Below are positions 10,243-21,127 of a stretch of DNA of 64,000 bases, piece after piece. Where the stretch lies: assembly GCA_963664225.1 (NCBI GenBank), contig OY760937.1:2496001-2560000 (forward strand), in the 5' to 3' direction. The stretch's first letter is position 1. Every line of letters starts with the position of its first letter. The notes beneath the pieces are model-generated. The model worked only from the letters and a program-made list of their open reading frames with translations. It was not told where the DNA came from and searched no databases. The position numbers and the translations under genes are program-made. Source of the DNA: Verrucomicrobiia bacterium (lineage in GTDB: Bacteria > Verrucomicrobiota > Verrucomicrobiia > Limisphaerales > UBA1319).

Positions 10243-10877
10243 GCCTGTTCGAATACACATTGCTGGCAGGCAGTTCCCTCTTCGTCATTCTGGACCCCGT
10301 GGCCACGGTGCCCGCCTTCCTGGCCATGACTCCCCACGACAGCGCGGAGGAACGCATTCGCACCGCGCGCCTGGCCTCCATTGTCACGGCGGGGGTCCTT
10401 CTGTTTTTTGCCATCACGGGCCATGTGCTCTTCAAGTTGGTCGGCATCACCCTGGAGGCCTTCCAACTGGCCGGCAGCATCGTTCTTTTGATCGTCGCGC
10501 TGGACATGCTCAAGGCCCGGCGTTCGCCCGTCCAGCAAACCGCCGAGGAAACCAGCGTCGGCATGGCCAAGGAGGACATTGCCATCACCCCGCTGGCCAT
10601 GCCCATGCTGGCCGGTCCCGGGGCGATCACCACCTCCATCCTCCTGAATAACCAGGCCCCCTCATGGTCCTACCGCCTTTCGTTATACGCATGCATCCTG
10701 GTGGTTTCGATGTTATGCTTTCTCATGCTTCGATGGGCTGCATTGGGCGCGCGATGGATGAATCCCATCGCCATGAAGATCACCACGCGCATCATGGGCC
10801 TCCTGCTGGCGGCTCTGGCGATCCAATTCATGATCAACGCCCTGGTGGCACTGGCGCCAAAATTCAAACTGGGTTAA
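10239..10877 (+). CDS. MarC family membrane protein
   Basis: LFVILDP, PLAMPMLAGPGAI, TRIMGLLLAALAIQF; ATGA overlap with upstream gene. Confidence 0.92.
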   Translation: MSLFEYTLLAGSSLFVILDPVATVPAFLAMTPHDSAEERIRTARLASIVTAGVLLFFAITGHVLFKLVGITLEAFQLAGSIVLLIVALDMLKARRSPVQQTAEETSVGMAKEDIAITPLAMPMLAGPGAITTSILLNNQAPSWSYRLSLYACILVVSMLCFLMLRWAALGARWMNPIAMKITTRIMGLLLAALAIQFMINALVALAPKFKLG

Positions 10878-10884
10878 AAGGGAC

Positions 10885-12873
10885 ATGAAGAAAAAACCTG
10901 ATAAAAAGAAGACTTTGCCCAAACTGGATCCCCAATGGCGCCTGCCGATCGGCTACTTTGCCCTCGCCTTTCTCCTGCTCTTCATCTGGCAGCAGGCGTT
11001 CTCCCAATACACCGTCCGCACCATCCCCTATAGCGAATTCAAGGAGAGTCTGGCCCGCGGCGAGGTCGTGGAATGCGCGGTCAAGGACGAGGATATCACC
11101 GGCAAGATCATCCTCAAAACTCCGACCGGCGCCGCCACCAATCTGGCTGAAATCGCCAGGTCGCCGTCCAGCGCCCAAACCAATTCACTCACCGCGACCA
11201 ATACGCCCAGGGATTTCCTCTTTCGCACCGTCCGTCTCGAGGATCCCAAACTGGTCGAGGAACTCCAGAAAGCCGGCGTCAAATTCCTGGCCGTTCGCCC
11301 CAACCTTTTTTCCCAGATCCTCCTGGCCTGGATATTGCCCATCGGCATCATGGTCCTGCTCTGGACCTTCATCTCCCGCAAGTTGGGTTCCGCCGGCCAA
11401 TCGGTGCTTTCGTTTGGCAAAAGCCGCGCCAAGCTCGTCGCGGACAAGGAAACCGGCGTGGCCTTTGGCGATGTGGCCGGCTGCGACGAGGCCAAATACG
11501 AATTGCAGGAAGTGGTCGATTTTCTCAAAAACCCGGATCGTTACAAAGCCCTGGGCGCAAAGATCCCCAAAGGCGTCCTGCTGGTCGGACCTCCGGGAAC
11601 CGGCAAAACGCTCCTGGCCCGCGCCGTGGCGGGTGAGGCGCACGTCCCGTTTTTTTCGCTGAGCGGCAGCGATTTCGTGGAAATGTTTGTCGGCGTGGGC
11701 GCGGCCCGCGTGCGCGACCTCTTTCAACAAGCCAAGAGCCAGGCCCCGTGCATTATTTTTATCGATGAACTCGACGCCATCGGCCGCCAGCGCGGTGTGC
11801 ATGTCGGTTCCGTCAACGACGAGCGCGAGCAGACCCTCAACCAATTGCTGGTGGAGATGGACGGCTTCGAGGCCAATGCCGGCGTCATCCTCCTGGCCGC
11901 AACCAATCGTCCGGATGTCCTGGACCGCGCCCTCCTGCGCCCCGGTCGCTTCGACCGCCAGGTGGTCGTCGATGCCCCCGACCTCGACGGCCGGGAGGCG
12001 ATCCTCAAGGTCCACAGCCGCGGAAAACCCCTCGCTTCTGATGTGGTCCTGCGCCGCATCGCCCAATCCACACCCGGCTTTTCCGGCGCCGACCTCGCCA
12101 ATGCCATGAACGAATCGGCCCTGCTGGCCGCCCGTCGCCGCGTCAAGGAAATCCACCAGATCGATATCGAGGACGCCGTGGAAAAAGTCGTGGCGGGTCC
12201 CGAAAGAAAGAGCCGGCGCCTCAATGAAGATGATAAGAAACGCGTCGCCTATCACGAAGTCGGTCACGCCCTGGTGGCCGCCTATAGCGAACACGCGGAC
12301 CCCGTTCATAAAATCAGCGTCGTTCCCCGCGGTCGCGCCGCCCTGGGCTACACCCTCCAATTGCCCACGGAAGACCAGTTCCTCATCACCCGTTCCGGGT
12401 TGATCGAACGCATTCGCGGGATGCTCGGCGGGCGCTCTGCGGAACAGGAAGTTTACAGCGAAGTCACCACCGGCGCCCAAAACGATCTCGAACGCGCCAC
12501 CGCCATGGCCCGCCAGATGGTCTGCATGTATGGCATGAGCGATAAAGTGGGCCTGACCCACTGCGCGCAACCCCAGGGAATGATGTTCCCCGGCGGAGAC
12601 GGTTCGTTGCAGCGGGATTGCAGCGAGGATACCGCCCGCGTGATCGACGGAGAGGTGAAACGAATCCTCGATGAGGCCTATGCCGAAGCGCGGCAGATCG
12701 TGGCCACGCACCGCGACCAATTGGAGTTGGTCACCACGGAATTGCTCAAGCGCGAAACTCTGGACGGAGCCGCCTTCTATAATTTGCTCGGCATGCCCGT
12801 CCCCCGCTCGACCCTGCTTAGCAGCCCGCCCGCACTGCGCCCTTCCGAGCCGTCGGACGAACGCAAGAACTGA
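10885..12873 (+). CDS. ftsH: ATP-dependent zinc metalloprotease FtsH
   Basis: Two TM segments, [29 protein letters not shown]. Confidence 0.97.
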   Translation: MKKKPDKKKTLPKLDPQWRLPIGYFALAFLLLFIWQQAFSQYTVRTIPYSEFKESLARGEVVECAVKDEDITGKIILKTPTGAATNLAEIARSPSSAQTNSLTATNTPRDFLFRTVRLEDPKLVEELQKAGVKFLAVRPNLFSQILLAWILPIGIMVLLWTFISRKLGSAGQSVLSFGKSRAKLVADKETGVAFGDVAGCDEAKYELQEVVDFLKNPDRYKALGAKIPKGVLLVGPPGTGKTLLARAVAGEAHVPFFSLSGSDFVEMFVGVGAARVRDLFQQAKSQAPCIIFIDELDAIGRQRGVHVGSVNDEREQTLNQLLVEMDGFEANAGVILLAATNRPDVLDRALLRPGRFDRQVVVDAPDLDGREAILKVHSRGKPLASDVVLRRIAQSTPGFSGADLANAMNESALLAARRRVKEIHQIDIEDAVEKVVAGPERKSRRLNEDDKKRVAYHEVGHALVAAYSEHADPVHKISVVPRGRAALGYTLQLPTEDQFLITRSGLIERIRGMLGGRSAEQEVYSEVTTGAQNDLERATAMARQMVCMYGMSDKVGLTHCAQPQGMMFPGGDGSLQRDCSEDTARVIDGEVKRILDEAYAEARQIVATHRDQLELVTTELLKRETLDGAAFYNLLGMPVPRSTLLSSPPALRPSEPSDERKN

Positions 12874-13168
12874 CCTTGCGCGTTGCCATCCTGCGCTCCA
12901 ACTCGTGGCGCTGCCTCGAGGTCGCCTTGCGGAAGCCGCCCACAATGGCCGCCATCGCCATCACCTGCGGGTAGGGTTCCAGATCGTGGTCTCGACGCTT
13001 GGCGGCGCGATAGCTCTCCAGAACCGTTTCGGGAATCATGGTCTGCAGCCGTTCAAGACCCCAGGCCACAACCTTCTTTTCGTGGGGGGACAAGTGCCCC
13101 GCCCGCGCCGCAAGAGACATTCTCTCCAATTCTTGCAGGCGCATTAGTAATGTCATCATATCATGCAT
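12818..13168 (-). CDS. Hypothetical protein, N-terminus similar to the neighbouring zinc-ribbon protein
   Basis: MMTLLMRLQELE...LERLQTMIPETVLESY parallels LEILMQLQEM...IDRLRRKLPGPVIAHF; 12 nt downstream of that gene; overlaps the ftsH 3' end. Confidence 0.55.
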   Translation of the reverse strand: MHDMMTLLMRLQELERMSLAARAGHLSPHEKKVVAWGLERLQTMIPETVLESYRAAKRRDHDLEPYPQVMAMAAIVGGFRKATSRQRHELERRMATRKVSSCVRPTARKGAVRAGC

Positions 13169-13180
13169 GGGAAATCGGGT

Positions 13181-13537
13181 TTACTTCAAGGCAATGTAAC
13201 GCGGCGCGTTGGATGCGCAAAAAAGAAAACGCCCGCAATGATCGCATTGGGCGAGCGCCTTGGAATATCGCACCGCGGACGCCACCTTTGCCGGCAGCAC
13301 CTGATGGCACCCCAGGCACACCCCATCCGCCAGTTGCGCCACCGCATCCGGGGCCTCCGCAATCAATGCGTCGAAATGTGCGATCACTGGGCCGGGCAGC
13401 TTGCGGCGCAACCGGTCGATCCGCTCGTCCAGCCGCTCGTAAGCCTCGGGTTCCGCTCCCGGTTGGAGCAGCTCCCCTGCCTTGCGCAATAGCATCATCT
13501 CCTGCAATTGCATTAATATTTCAAGTTGGCGGTTCAT
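13181..13537 (-). CDS. Short C4-type zinc-ribbon protein (DUF164-like)
   Basis: GVCLGCH...QCDHCGRFL; GAGG Shine-Dalgarno before ATG 13537. Confidence 0.85.
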   Translation of the reverse strand: MNRQLEILMQLQEMMLLRKAGELLQPGAEPEAYERLDERIDRLRRKLPGPVIAHFDALIAEAPDAVAQLADGVCLGCHQVLPAKVASAVRYSKALAQCDHCGRFLFCASNAPRYIALK

Positions 13538-13564
13538 CGCCTCAATCTCGCTGCATTCCTTGTT

Positions 13565-13580
13565 AGCATGGCCAATGCCA
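13565..13580 (-). promoter_or_regulatory. Candidate sigma54 (-24/-12) promoter
   Basis: TGGCATTGGCCATGCT with GG-N10-GC spacing, 27 nt upstream of ATG 13537. Confidence 0.55.
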
Positions 13581-13723
13581 TCCCTCCCCGCCTGCTCGGA
13601 GCCCGCCTGGCACATCTTAATCCCCCGCAATGAATTGCATCAATTTACACACCAATAGTAATTGAAAAACCCATTTCAAAATATCATAAGTGTCAATGTT
13701 TGTCACTTCTTAACCTTCACTCC

Positions 13724-13760
13724 GTGCAAGTTTTGCACAAATTTCATCGCCTTCGTGCAA
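13724..13760. promoter_or_regulatory. Palindromic protein-binding site (possible bEBP enhancer)
   Basis: GTGCAA-gtt-TTGCAC at 13724-13738 plus a further GTGCAA at 13755-13760, in an AT-rich intergenic region. Confidence 0.4.
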
Positions 13761-13855
13761 CTAAAAACAAAATGGGAAACGTTGTGGGAAGTCCCGCTGT
13801 CTGCCTTTTCTTGTCCTCTTGACCGTGCCCATACCCTGCCCATAAACTCACTCCC

Positions 13856-15079
13856 ATGAAATCCTGTCGTCTCCGGCCCCGCCTCCACACTCTCAGCTTT
13901 GCCATTTTGGCAGGCATTGCTATCACCTGCGCCGTTAGCGCCCAAAGTGTCTCCTCAAGTCTTCAACCCTATGTGGACCGCCACATCCTCGCGGGTGCGG
14001 TCACGCTCGTGGCCTCGCCGGACAAAGTCCTCAGCCTCGAGGCGGTGGGATTCGCCGACATCCCGGCCAACAAACCCATGAGGACCGACGCCCTGTTCTG
14101 GATTGCCTCCCAGTCCAAGCCGATGACCGCCTCCGCGCTGATGATGCTCGTGGATGAAGGCAAAGTAACTCTCGACGACGCGGTGGAAAAGTATCTGCCG
14201 GAGTTCAAGGGTCAAATGCTCGCCGTCGAGAAGGACCAGGAACACGTCTTATTGAAAAAGTCGGCCCGCCCCATCACCGTCCGGGACATCCTTTCCCATA
14301 CCAGCGGCCTGCCCTTCATGTCACGGGCCGAGCACAAGATCGACACCTACCCACTGCAAGTCGGCGTCATGAGCTACGCCTTGACCCCCTTGAATAACCA
14401 GCCGGGCGCGCACTACGATTACAGCAATGCGGGCATCAACACCGCCGGACGCATCATCGAAGTCGTCAGCGGCATGCCCTATGAGAAGTTCATGGAACTA
14501 CGCTTGTTCAAACCCCTGGGAATGAAAGACACCACTTTCTGGCCCACGGAATCCCAGATCAAACGCCTGGCCAGATCCTATAAACCCAATGCCGCCAAAG
14601 ATGGCCTGGAAGAAACCTTGATCGACCAACTCACCTATCCCCTGACCAATCGTCAGCGTGGTGTCTGCCCCGCCGGTGGCTATTTCTCCACAGCCTCCGA
14701 TCTCTCCCTGTTCTGCCGGATGATCCTCAACGGCGGAACGCTTGACGGCAAAAAATATCTCTCCCCCGCCTCTGTGCGTGAGATGACCAGCACCCAGACC
14801 GGCAGGCTCATGGACAAGGACAATGGCGAAGGTGGCTACGGTCTCGGCTGGAGCACAACGCGCAAAACCCCGCTGAATCCCGATGTCGCAGTCCCCGGTG
14901 GCTGCGGTCATGGCGGCGCTTACGCCACCCATTTCTGGATCGATCCCGCGCACCGTTTGATCACGATTTTCATGGTCCAGCACGCGGGCTATCCCGGCGC
15001 CGATGGCGGAAAGATCCAACCCGCCTTTGCCAAAGCCGCCATCGAGAAATTCGTACCGACTGCCGGAACCCGCAAATAG
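13856..15079 (+). CDS. Secreted serine hydrolase, beta-lactamase class C-like family
   Basis: Signal peptide; SQSK (SxxK), LSHTSG, YSN, HGGA. Confidence 0.9.
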   Translation: MKSCRLRPRLHTLSFAILAGIAITCAVSAQSVSSSLQPYVDRHILAGAVTLVASPDKVLSLEAVGFADIPANKPMRTDALFWIASQSKPMTASALMMLVDEGKVTLDDAVEKYLPEFKGQMLAVEKDQEHVLLKKSARPITVRDILSHTSGLPFMSRAEHKIDTYPLQVGVMSYALTPLNNQPGAHYDYSNAGINTAGRIIEVVSGMPYEKFMELRLFKPLGMKDTTFWPTESQIKRLARSYKPNAAKDGLEETLIDQLTYPLTNRQRGVCPAGGYFSTASDLSLFCRMILNGGTLDGKKYLSPASVREMTSTQTGRLMDKDNGEGGYGLGWSTTRKTPLNPDVAVPGGCGHGGAYATHFWIDPAHRLITIFMVQHAGYPGADGGKIQPAFAKAAIEKFVPTAGTRK

Positions 15080-15349
15080 CCATTGGCGAGGCATTTTCCC
15101 CACCGCGTTGGTCGCCTCCGCTACATCGCAATACCGCCTGCACCAACGCTGCCGCATCCGCGACATATTGGCGCGATCCACCGAGTCGTGGTATGGATAT
15201 ACGGGTCATAATGGCGCTGCCACGGAGGTTGTGGATTTACACATCGTCCGTGGCGGGAGGCAGTTACACACTTTTTCAAAGACTGGCATTGTTCTTGTTG
15301 TTATTACTCCAATGGCCAGGACCCGTGGTTCGGCAAAATTTCCAAATAT

Positions 15350-17968
15350 ATGGACCTGAATAAATTTACGGAGAAGGCGCAGGAGGCATTGCAGGAGGCG
15401 CAGAATATCGCGACGCGTCATCAGCATCAGGCGGTGGATGTGGAGCATCTGGCGCTGGCCCTGCTCGAGCAGCAGGATGGGTTGATCCCCAGGCTCTTGG
15501 AAATCTGCCAGGCCCCGCCCGATCTGGCCAAGGCCAAGCTGGAGGAGGAGTTGGGCCGCATCCCGCAGGTCCGGGGGGATTCCTCCGCCGCGCCCGGTCT
15601 CAATATCACCCAGCGCCTCAACAAAACCCTCGTCAACGCCCAGGACCAGGCCAGGCGCCTCAAGGACGAATATGTGAGCGTCGAACACCTCGCTTTGGCG
15701 ATGTTCAGCGAACCGGGCAGCAGCGGCATCGGACGCGTATTTGCCGCCCTGAATTTGCATAAGGACGCTTTTCTCAAGGCTCTGACCCAGGTCCGCGGCA
15801 ATCAGCGTGTGACCAGCGCCAATCCCGAGGCCACCTATGAGGCCCTCGAGAAATACGGCCGCGATCTCACCCGCATGGCCCGCCAGAACAAGCTCGATCC
15901 CGTGATCGGTCGCGACTCGGAAATCCGTCGCGCCATTCAGGTGCTCTCCCGTCGCACCAAAAACAATCCCGTTCTCATCGGCGAACCCGGCGTCGGCAAG
16001 ACCGCCATTGTCGAAGGTCTGGCCCGGCGCATCGTGGCCGGGGACGTCCCCGAGAGTTTGAAGGAGAAACGCATTGTCGCGCTGGACATGGGCGCGCTCA
16101 TCGCGGGAGCCAAATACCGCGGGGAATTCGAGGAGCGCCTCAAGGCCGTGCTGCAGGAGGTCACCAAGGCCCAGGGCCAGATCGTGCTCTTCATCGACGA
16201 GATTCACACCGTCGTGGGCGCGGGCAAGGCCGAAGGTTCCATGGACGCCGGCAACATGCTCAAGCCGATGCTCGCGCGCGGGGAATTGCACTGCATCGGG
16301 GCCACCACGCTGAAGGAATACCGCACCTCGATTGAAAAGGATGCTGCACTCGAACGCCGCTTCCAGCCCGTGCTGGTCAGTGAACCGTCCGTCGAGGACA
16401 CCATATCCATCCTGCGCGGATTGCGTGAACGCTACGAATTGCATCACGGCGTCCGCATCCAGGACGCCGCACTGGTGGCCGCCGCGCAATTATCCCAGCG
16501 CTATATTTCCGACCGGTTTCTGCCCGACAAGGCCATCGATCTCATCGATGAGGCCGCCGCGAAACTGCGCACGGAAATCGAAAGCATGCCTGAGGAATTG
16601 GAGGCCCTCGAGCGCCGCCTGCTCCAGCTCGAGATCGAACGCGAAGCCCTGCGCAAGGAAACCGATGACGCCACCAAGGCGCGCCTGCGCGATCTGGAAA
16701 AAGAACTCGCCAACATCAAGGCCGAGCGCGACTCGCTCAAGGCCCGGTGGGACAGCGAGAAAAAGATCCACGGCGAAGTCCAAAAACTGCGCGAGGTCAT
16801 TGAGATGGTCCGGCACGACATCGAGACCGCCCAGCGCAAGAACGATCTCAGCCGCGTGGCGGAGTTGAAATACGGAAAGCTGCCGCAGCTCGAAAAACAA
16901 TTCAAGGAAGCCCAGGAGCGCGCCGACAAGGACAGCGGCACTTCCGGACGCCTGTTGCAGGAGGAGGTCACTGCGGACGAGGTTGCCGCCATTGTCTCAC
17001 GCTGGACCGGTGTTCCCGTGACACGCCTGCTCGAAGGCGAGAAGGACAAACTCCTGCGCCTGGACCAGTTGCTCCACCAGCGCGTGATTGGACAGGACGA
17101 GGCCGTTCAAGCCGTTTCCGACGCCGTCATTCGCGCCCGCTCCGGCCTCAAGGATCCCAAGCGCCCCATCGGCTCCTTCATTTTCCTTGGCCCCACCGGC
17201 GTGGGCAAAACCGAACTCGCCCGCGCCCTGGCCGAGAGCCTCTTCGACAGCGAGAACAACATGGTCCGCATCGACATGAGCGAATACATGGAGAAACACG
17301 CCGTGTCGCGGCTCATCGGCGCGCCTCCCGGTTACGTCGGCTACGAGGAGGGCGGTCAACTCACCGAGGCCATCCGGCGCAAGCCCTATGCCGTGCTGCT
17401 GTTCGACGAAATCGAAAAGGCGCATCACGATGTGTTCAATGTGCTGCTGCAAATCCTCGACGATGGCCGCCTCACCGACAGCCAGGGCCGCACCGTCGAT
17501 TTCAAGAACACCATCATCATCATGACCTCGAACATCGGCAGCCCCTACCTGATCGAGGATGCCAGCCAGACCAAGGGCGAGATTTCCGAGGACACCCGTC
17601 GCAAGGTCATGACGGAATTGCGCGCGCAGTTCAGGCCGGAGTTTTTGAACCGCGTGGACGAAATTGTTCTCTTCAAGCCGCTCACGCTGGCCGAGATCAA
17701 GAGCATCGTGGAACTGCTGCTGGGCCTCCTGCGCCTGCGCCTGACCGAACGCAACATCACACTGGAAATGACCGATGCCGCGCGCGACCACATTGCCCGC
17801 GAAGGTTACGACCCCGTCTATGGGGCGCGCCCGCTCAAGCGATATCTGCAGCGCGAAGTCGAAACCGCCCTCGCCCGCCAGTTGCTCTCCGGCGCCATCG
17901 CCGACCACAGCAACGTCACCGTGGACTTCAAAAAAGGCGCTTTGGTGTTCGAAACCAAAAAAGCCTGA
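15350..17968 (+). CDS. clpB: Chaperone ClpB
   Basis: 872 aa, two AAA+ modules ([16 protein letters not shown]) and a coiled-coil M domain. Confidence 0.97.
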   Translation: MDLNKFTEKAQEALQEAQNIATRHQHQAVDVEHLALALLEQQDGLIPRLLEICQAPPDLAKAKLEEELGRIPQVRGDSSAAPGLNITQRLNKTLVNAQDQARRLKDEYVSVEHLALAMFSEPGSSGIGRVFAALNLHKDAFLKALTQVRGNQRVTSANPEATYEALEKYGRDLTRMARQNKLDPVIGRDSEIRRAIQVLSRRTKNNPVLIGEPGVGKTAIVEGLARRIVAGDVPESLKEKRIVALDMGALIAGAKYRGEFEERLKAVLQEVTKAQGQIVLFIDEIHTVVGAGKAEGSMDAGNMLKPMLARGELHCIGATTLKEYRTSIEKDAALERRFQPVLVSEPSVEDTISILRGLRERYELHHGVRIQDAALVAAAQLSQRYISDRFLPDKAIDLIDEAAAKLRTEIESMPEELEALERRLLQLEIEREALRKETDDATKARLRDLEKELANIKAERDSLKARWDSEKKIHGEVQKLREVIEMVRHDIETAQRKNDLSRVAELKYGKLPQLEKQFKEAQERADKDSGTSGRLLQEEVTADEVAAIVSRWTGVPVTRLLEGEKDKLLRLDQLLHQRVIGQDEAVQAVSDAVIRARSGLKDPKRPIGSFIFLGPTGVGKTELARALAESLFDSENNMVRIDMSEYMEKHAVSRLIGAPPGYVGYEEGGQLTEAIRRKPYAVLLFDEIEKAHHDVFNVLLQILDDGRLTDSQGRTVDFKNTIIIMTSNIGSPYLIEDASQTKGEISEDTRRKVMTELRAQFRPEFLNRVDEIVLFKPLTLAEIKSIVELLLGLLRLRLTERNITLEMTDAARDHIAREGYDPVYGARPLKRYLQREVETALARQLLSGAIADHSNVTVDFKKGALVFETKKA

Positions 17969-18014
17969 CACGTCCTCAGGACGAAATTCATCTCGTTCAA
18001 ACGATGCGCTTCAA

Positions 18015-18115
18015 GCATCCCGGCAGGGATGCCAGCGATTAGCCGGGGGTCGAGGTCGTCCGCGACCGACACCCCCGGACTCGCACCCCAACCAACACGA
18101 TCCCGGCAGGGATCG
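18015..18115. repeat. REP-like palindrome cluster
   Basis: ATCCCGGCAGGGAT hairpin twice (18015-18032, 18098-18115) flanking a CCGGGGGT...ACCCCCGG stem, between convergent clpB and dusB. Confidence 0.7.
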
Positions 18116-18253
18116 CAGAACCGAGGTGTTGCAGGTCGGGAATTCCCTCCCGCTCCACCCCCACGCGGCGGCACCACTCAAACGACCCTTCACCCCGTGA
18201 CTTTCGAACCTGTTCATCCTGCCTATCGATGTTGGACTTCCCCCGCACACTCC

Positions 18254-19363
18254 CTACCACATCGCCACCGGCCCTTTGGGAACCGCAATGCGCCCCGTCG
18301 CCGCAGACGGATTCTCAGACATGAACGAAGCTTCCAGTGGCGCAGGAGCGTAAGACGGTTTCAACTCCCCATCCTCATTCAAAAACTGCAACCGCCATTG
18401 CAGAAAAGCCTGAACGATCTCCTCGAACTCCGCGCGCGTCGCCAGTTGCACCACGCGGCGATTGAACTCACGAGCCGGTCCGAACCGCCGCGCATACCAG
18501 GGCGCGATCTTGCGGAACATCCGGCATCCCAAAGATTCCCCAAACACCTCGACCATGAAATCCAGATGCCGCCGCATCACCCGCAGGCGTTCCTCCAAAG
18601 GCGGCGAGGCGGGTTCCTCGCCTGTGGCCAGAAAGTGGAGACTGTGGTTGAAAATCCAGGGATCGTAGAATGCCCCCCGACCGATGCTCACACCGGCGCA
18701 ACCGGTTTCGTCGAGCATGTGCTTCACCGCGCGGGGCGTGGTCACGTCGCCATTGCCAATGACAGGGATGCGGCGCACCGCCTGAACCACCGCACGGATC
18801 CCGGCCAGGTTGATGCCTCCCGAGAATCCCTGCGCGCGCGTCCGTCCATGAATCGTGATCGCGGCAATGCCGACGTCTTCAAGCGCGCGGGCCAGATCGG
18901 GCGCGGTGAGATTTTGGTCGTCCCAACCCAAACGCATTTTTGCCGTCACCGGTATCTTGACCGCTTCGACCATTCCCCGGGCCAGGGCTGCGGTCTTGTC
19001 CATCTCCGTCATCATGGCCGAGCCGCCGCCCACCTGGCAGACCTTGCGCACCGGGCAACCCATGTTGATATCCACCGAGGCCGCGCCCAGCGATTCCGCG
19101 ATCACCGCCGCATCCCGCATTTCCTCCGGTTTGGAGCCGAACAACTGCACTGCCAGGGGTTGATCCTCAGGACGCGTCTCAATCAATTTGAGGGCCTTGT
19201 CCCGTCGTTCGATCAGCGAACGTGCGTTGACCAGGTCCGTGGTGGCAAGACCCAGACCGCCCAATTCGCGCAAGACAAGTCTGAACGGCAAATTGGTGTA
19301 GCCGGCCAGAGGCGCGAGCATCAAATGCGACTCCAGCCCCAGCGGGCCGATGGATATTTTCAT
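18254..19363 (-). CDS. dusB: tRNA-dihydrouridine synthase DusB
   Basis: LAPLAG, DINMGCP, IHGRTR, GNGDV, IGRG. Confidence 0.92.
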   Translation of the reverse strand: MKISIGPLGLESHLMLAPLAGYTNLPFRLVLRELGGLGLATTDLVNARSLIERRDKALKLIETRPEDQPLAVQLFGSKPEEMRDAAVIAESLGAASVDINMGCPVRKVCQVGGGSAMMTEMDKTAALARGMVEAVKIPVTAKMRLGWDDQNLTAPDLARALEDVGIAAITIHGRTRAQGFSGGINLAGIRAVVQAVRRIPVIGNGDVTTPRAVKHMLDETGCAGVSIGRGAFYDPWIFNHSLHFLATGEEPASPPLEERLRVMRRHLDFMVEVFGESLGCRMFRKIAPWYARRFGPAREFNRRVVQLATRAEFEEIVQAFLQWRLQFLNEDGELKPSYAPAPLEASFMSENPSAATGRIAVPKGPVAMW

Positions 19364-19393
19364 GTGCCGGAACGGCGCGTGCAAACCGCAACC

Positions 19394-20365
19394 TCAGGCG
19401 GCGGCAGGCGCTGCGGATTTCACACCAACCATCAGATAATCCAGATAGTTGATGAGCTGCTCTTTCATAAGCTTCCTATTGACAAGGGCATCGATCAATC
19501 CGCGTTCCAGAAGAAATTCCGCCGTTTGAAAACCGGGCGGCAAATCCGCCTGCGTGGTGTCACGAATCACTCGAGGACCCGCAAACCCAACCATCGCACC
19601 GGGTTCCGCAATAATCAAATCCCCCAGGGTGGCGAAACTGGCCATGACCCCCGCCGTGGTCGGATGGGTCAGAACACTGATGTAAGGCAGCTTCTTTGCC
19701 GCATGATACGCCAACGCCGCGCTGGTTTTGGCCATTTGCATCAGGCTGAACATCCCCTCATACATGCGCGCGCCGCCGCTGGTCGAAATTATGATCAACG
19801 GAAGATCCTTGGCTGTAGCGGTTTCGATAAGACGTGTGAGTTTTTCTCCAACCACCGAGCCCATCGACCCTCCCAAAAAGCTGAAATCCATCACCCCCAA
19901 CGCCACCCGATGCGAACCGATATTGCAGATCCCGGTCAGAACCGCATCCTTCAATCCGGTCGATTGCTGGTAATCCTCCAGCTTGGACGCGTAGGAACTG
20001 ACCCCGGTGAAACCAAGGATATCCACGCTCGTCATGGCTGCGTTCATTTCCTGGAAAGAGCAGGTTTCGACCATGGAGTTGATGCGTTCCCGCGCGCCGA
20101 TTGGAAAATGAAAAGCGCAGTTCCCGCAGACCTTGAGATTCTCGTCCAACTCCTTGTCATAGAGCATGGAACCGCACTTGGGACACTTGGTCCAGACCCC
20201 CTCGGGAATGTCCCGTTTGCGCGGCGTAACGGAATCAAGCTTGGGCCGCTTGCGCAAATGAGTCACCGGGGCACGCGTGGCCCCCGGCTTTTTGGTGGCT
20301 CCACCTGTCAAAGCGATTGTTTTTTTGGCAAACGTGGTGTTCGCCGTATTTTCTGCTTTTTCCAT
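19394..20365 (-). CDS. accD: Acetyl-CoA carboxylase carboxyltransferase beta subunit
   Basis: WTKCPKC...VCGNC zinc finger, GGSMGSVVGEK, GFAGPRVI. Confidence 0.96.
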   Translation of the reverse strand: MEKAENTANTTFAKKTIALTGGATKKPGATRAPVTHLRKRPKLDSVTPRKRDIPEGVWTKCPKCGSMLYDKELDENLKVCGNCAFHFPIGARERINSMVETCSFQEMNAAMTSVDILGFTGVSSYASKLEDYQQSTGLKDAVLTGICNIGSHRVALGVMDFSFLGGSMGSVVGEKLTRLIETATAKDLPLIIISTSGGARMYEGMFSLMQMAKTSAALAYHAAKKLPYISVLTHPTTAGVMASFATLGDLIIAEPGAMVGFAGPRVIRDTTQADLPPGFQTAEFLLERGLIDALVNRKLMKEQLINYLDYLMVGVKSAAPAAA

Positions 20366-20389
20366 AAAATTCAAATCGTGTCACCCGCT

Positions 20390-21127
20390 TTAAACGCCTC
20401 GGGCCAAGGTCCATACACACACATTTCCGGCGCCCATGCGCTGCAAAACCTTCGCGCACTCACCGGCGGTGGCTCCCGTGGTCAGCACATCATCCACCAG
20501 AACAACCCGTTCGCCCTTCAGCCGCAAACCTTTGCGACCTTTGAAGGCCCCCTGCAAATTCTCCGCCCGCGCCGCGCGCGTCAGCCGTGTCTGGGTCTGA
20601 GTGTATTTGACCCTGCGCACCAACCCGGCGTTCACCGGAATTCCTGTCGCCCGGCTCAATAACCGCCCCAGGCGTTCGGCCTGATTGAACTCCCGCTCAC
20701 GCTCTTTGACCGGATGCAAGGGCACCGGCACAATCATATCCCATTGGGCCGCAGCCAATACCGGCTTGGCGCGCAGTTCGAACAACCGGGCCAGAAACGG
20801 TTCGCACCACAGCGCTCTTTGGTACTTATAGCGGTGAATCACATCAAGCGCCAGCCCGCTCGATTTCACCGCCGCGCGCGCATACTCAAAGGGCCTGGGC
20901 GTTTCCAGGCATTGCGCGCACTCGAAAGGCCCCGTGATTTCCCCCGCAACCGGGCGTCCGCACCGTTCGCAGAAAGGGGGTTCGATGTATTCCACCTTCG
21001 CCGCGCAACCAGCGCATATATAGCCCTCATCGGGTCGCGCCCGGGCCACCCCACAAATCTGACACGCCTCAGGATAAAAAAAACTCAACACCGCATCAAG
21101 CCAGCTCTTGAATGCGGAATTCTTCAC
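20390..21127 (-). CDS. comF: ComF family amidophosphoribosyltransferase-like protein
   Basis: Double zinc ribbon, VPVPLH...REFNQA, LVDDVLTTGAT; probable GTG start overlapping the upstream TGA. Confidence 0.88.
   Translation of the reverse strand: MKNSAFKSWLDAVLSFFYPEACQICGVARARPDEGYICAGCAAKVEYIEPPFCERCGRPVAGEITGPFECAQCLETPRPFEYARAAVKSSGLALDVIHRYKYQRALWCEPFLARLFELRAKPVLAAAQWDMIVPVPLHPVKEREREFNQAERLGRLLSRATGIPVNAGLVRRVKYTQTQTRLTRAARAENLQGAFKGRKGLRLKGERVVLVDDVLTTGATAGECAKVLQRMGAGNVCVWTLARGV

Noticed and set aside
15284..15299. Sigma54 promoter for clpB (TGGCATTGTTCTTGTT)
   Set aside because: The -12 element is GT rather than the near-invariant GC; too weak to call.
18029..20662. 877-aa plus-strand ORF, and similar long antisense ORFs over ftsH, clpB, acnA and malic enzyme
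   Set aside because: They lie opposite well-conserved genes and have shadow-like composition.
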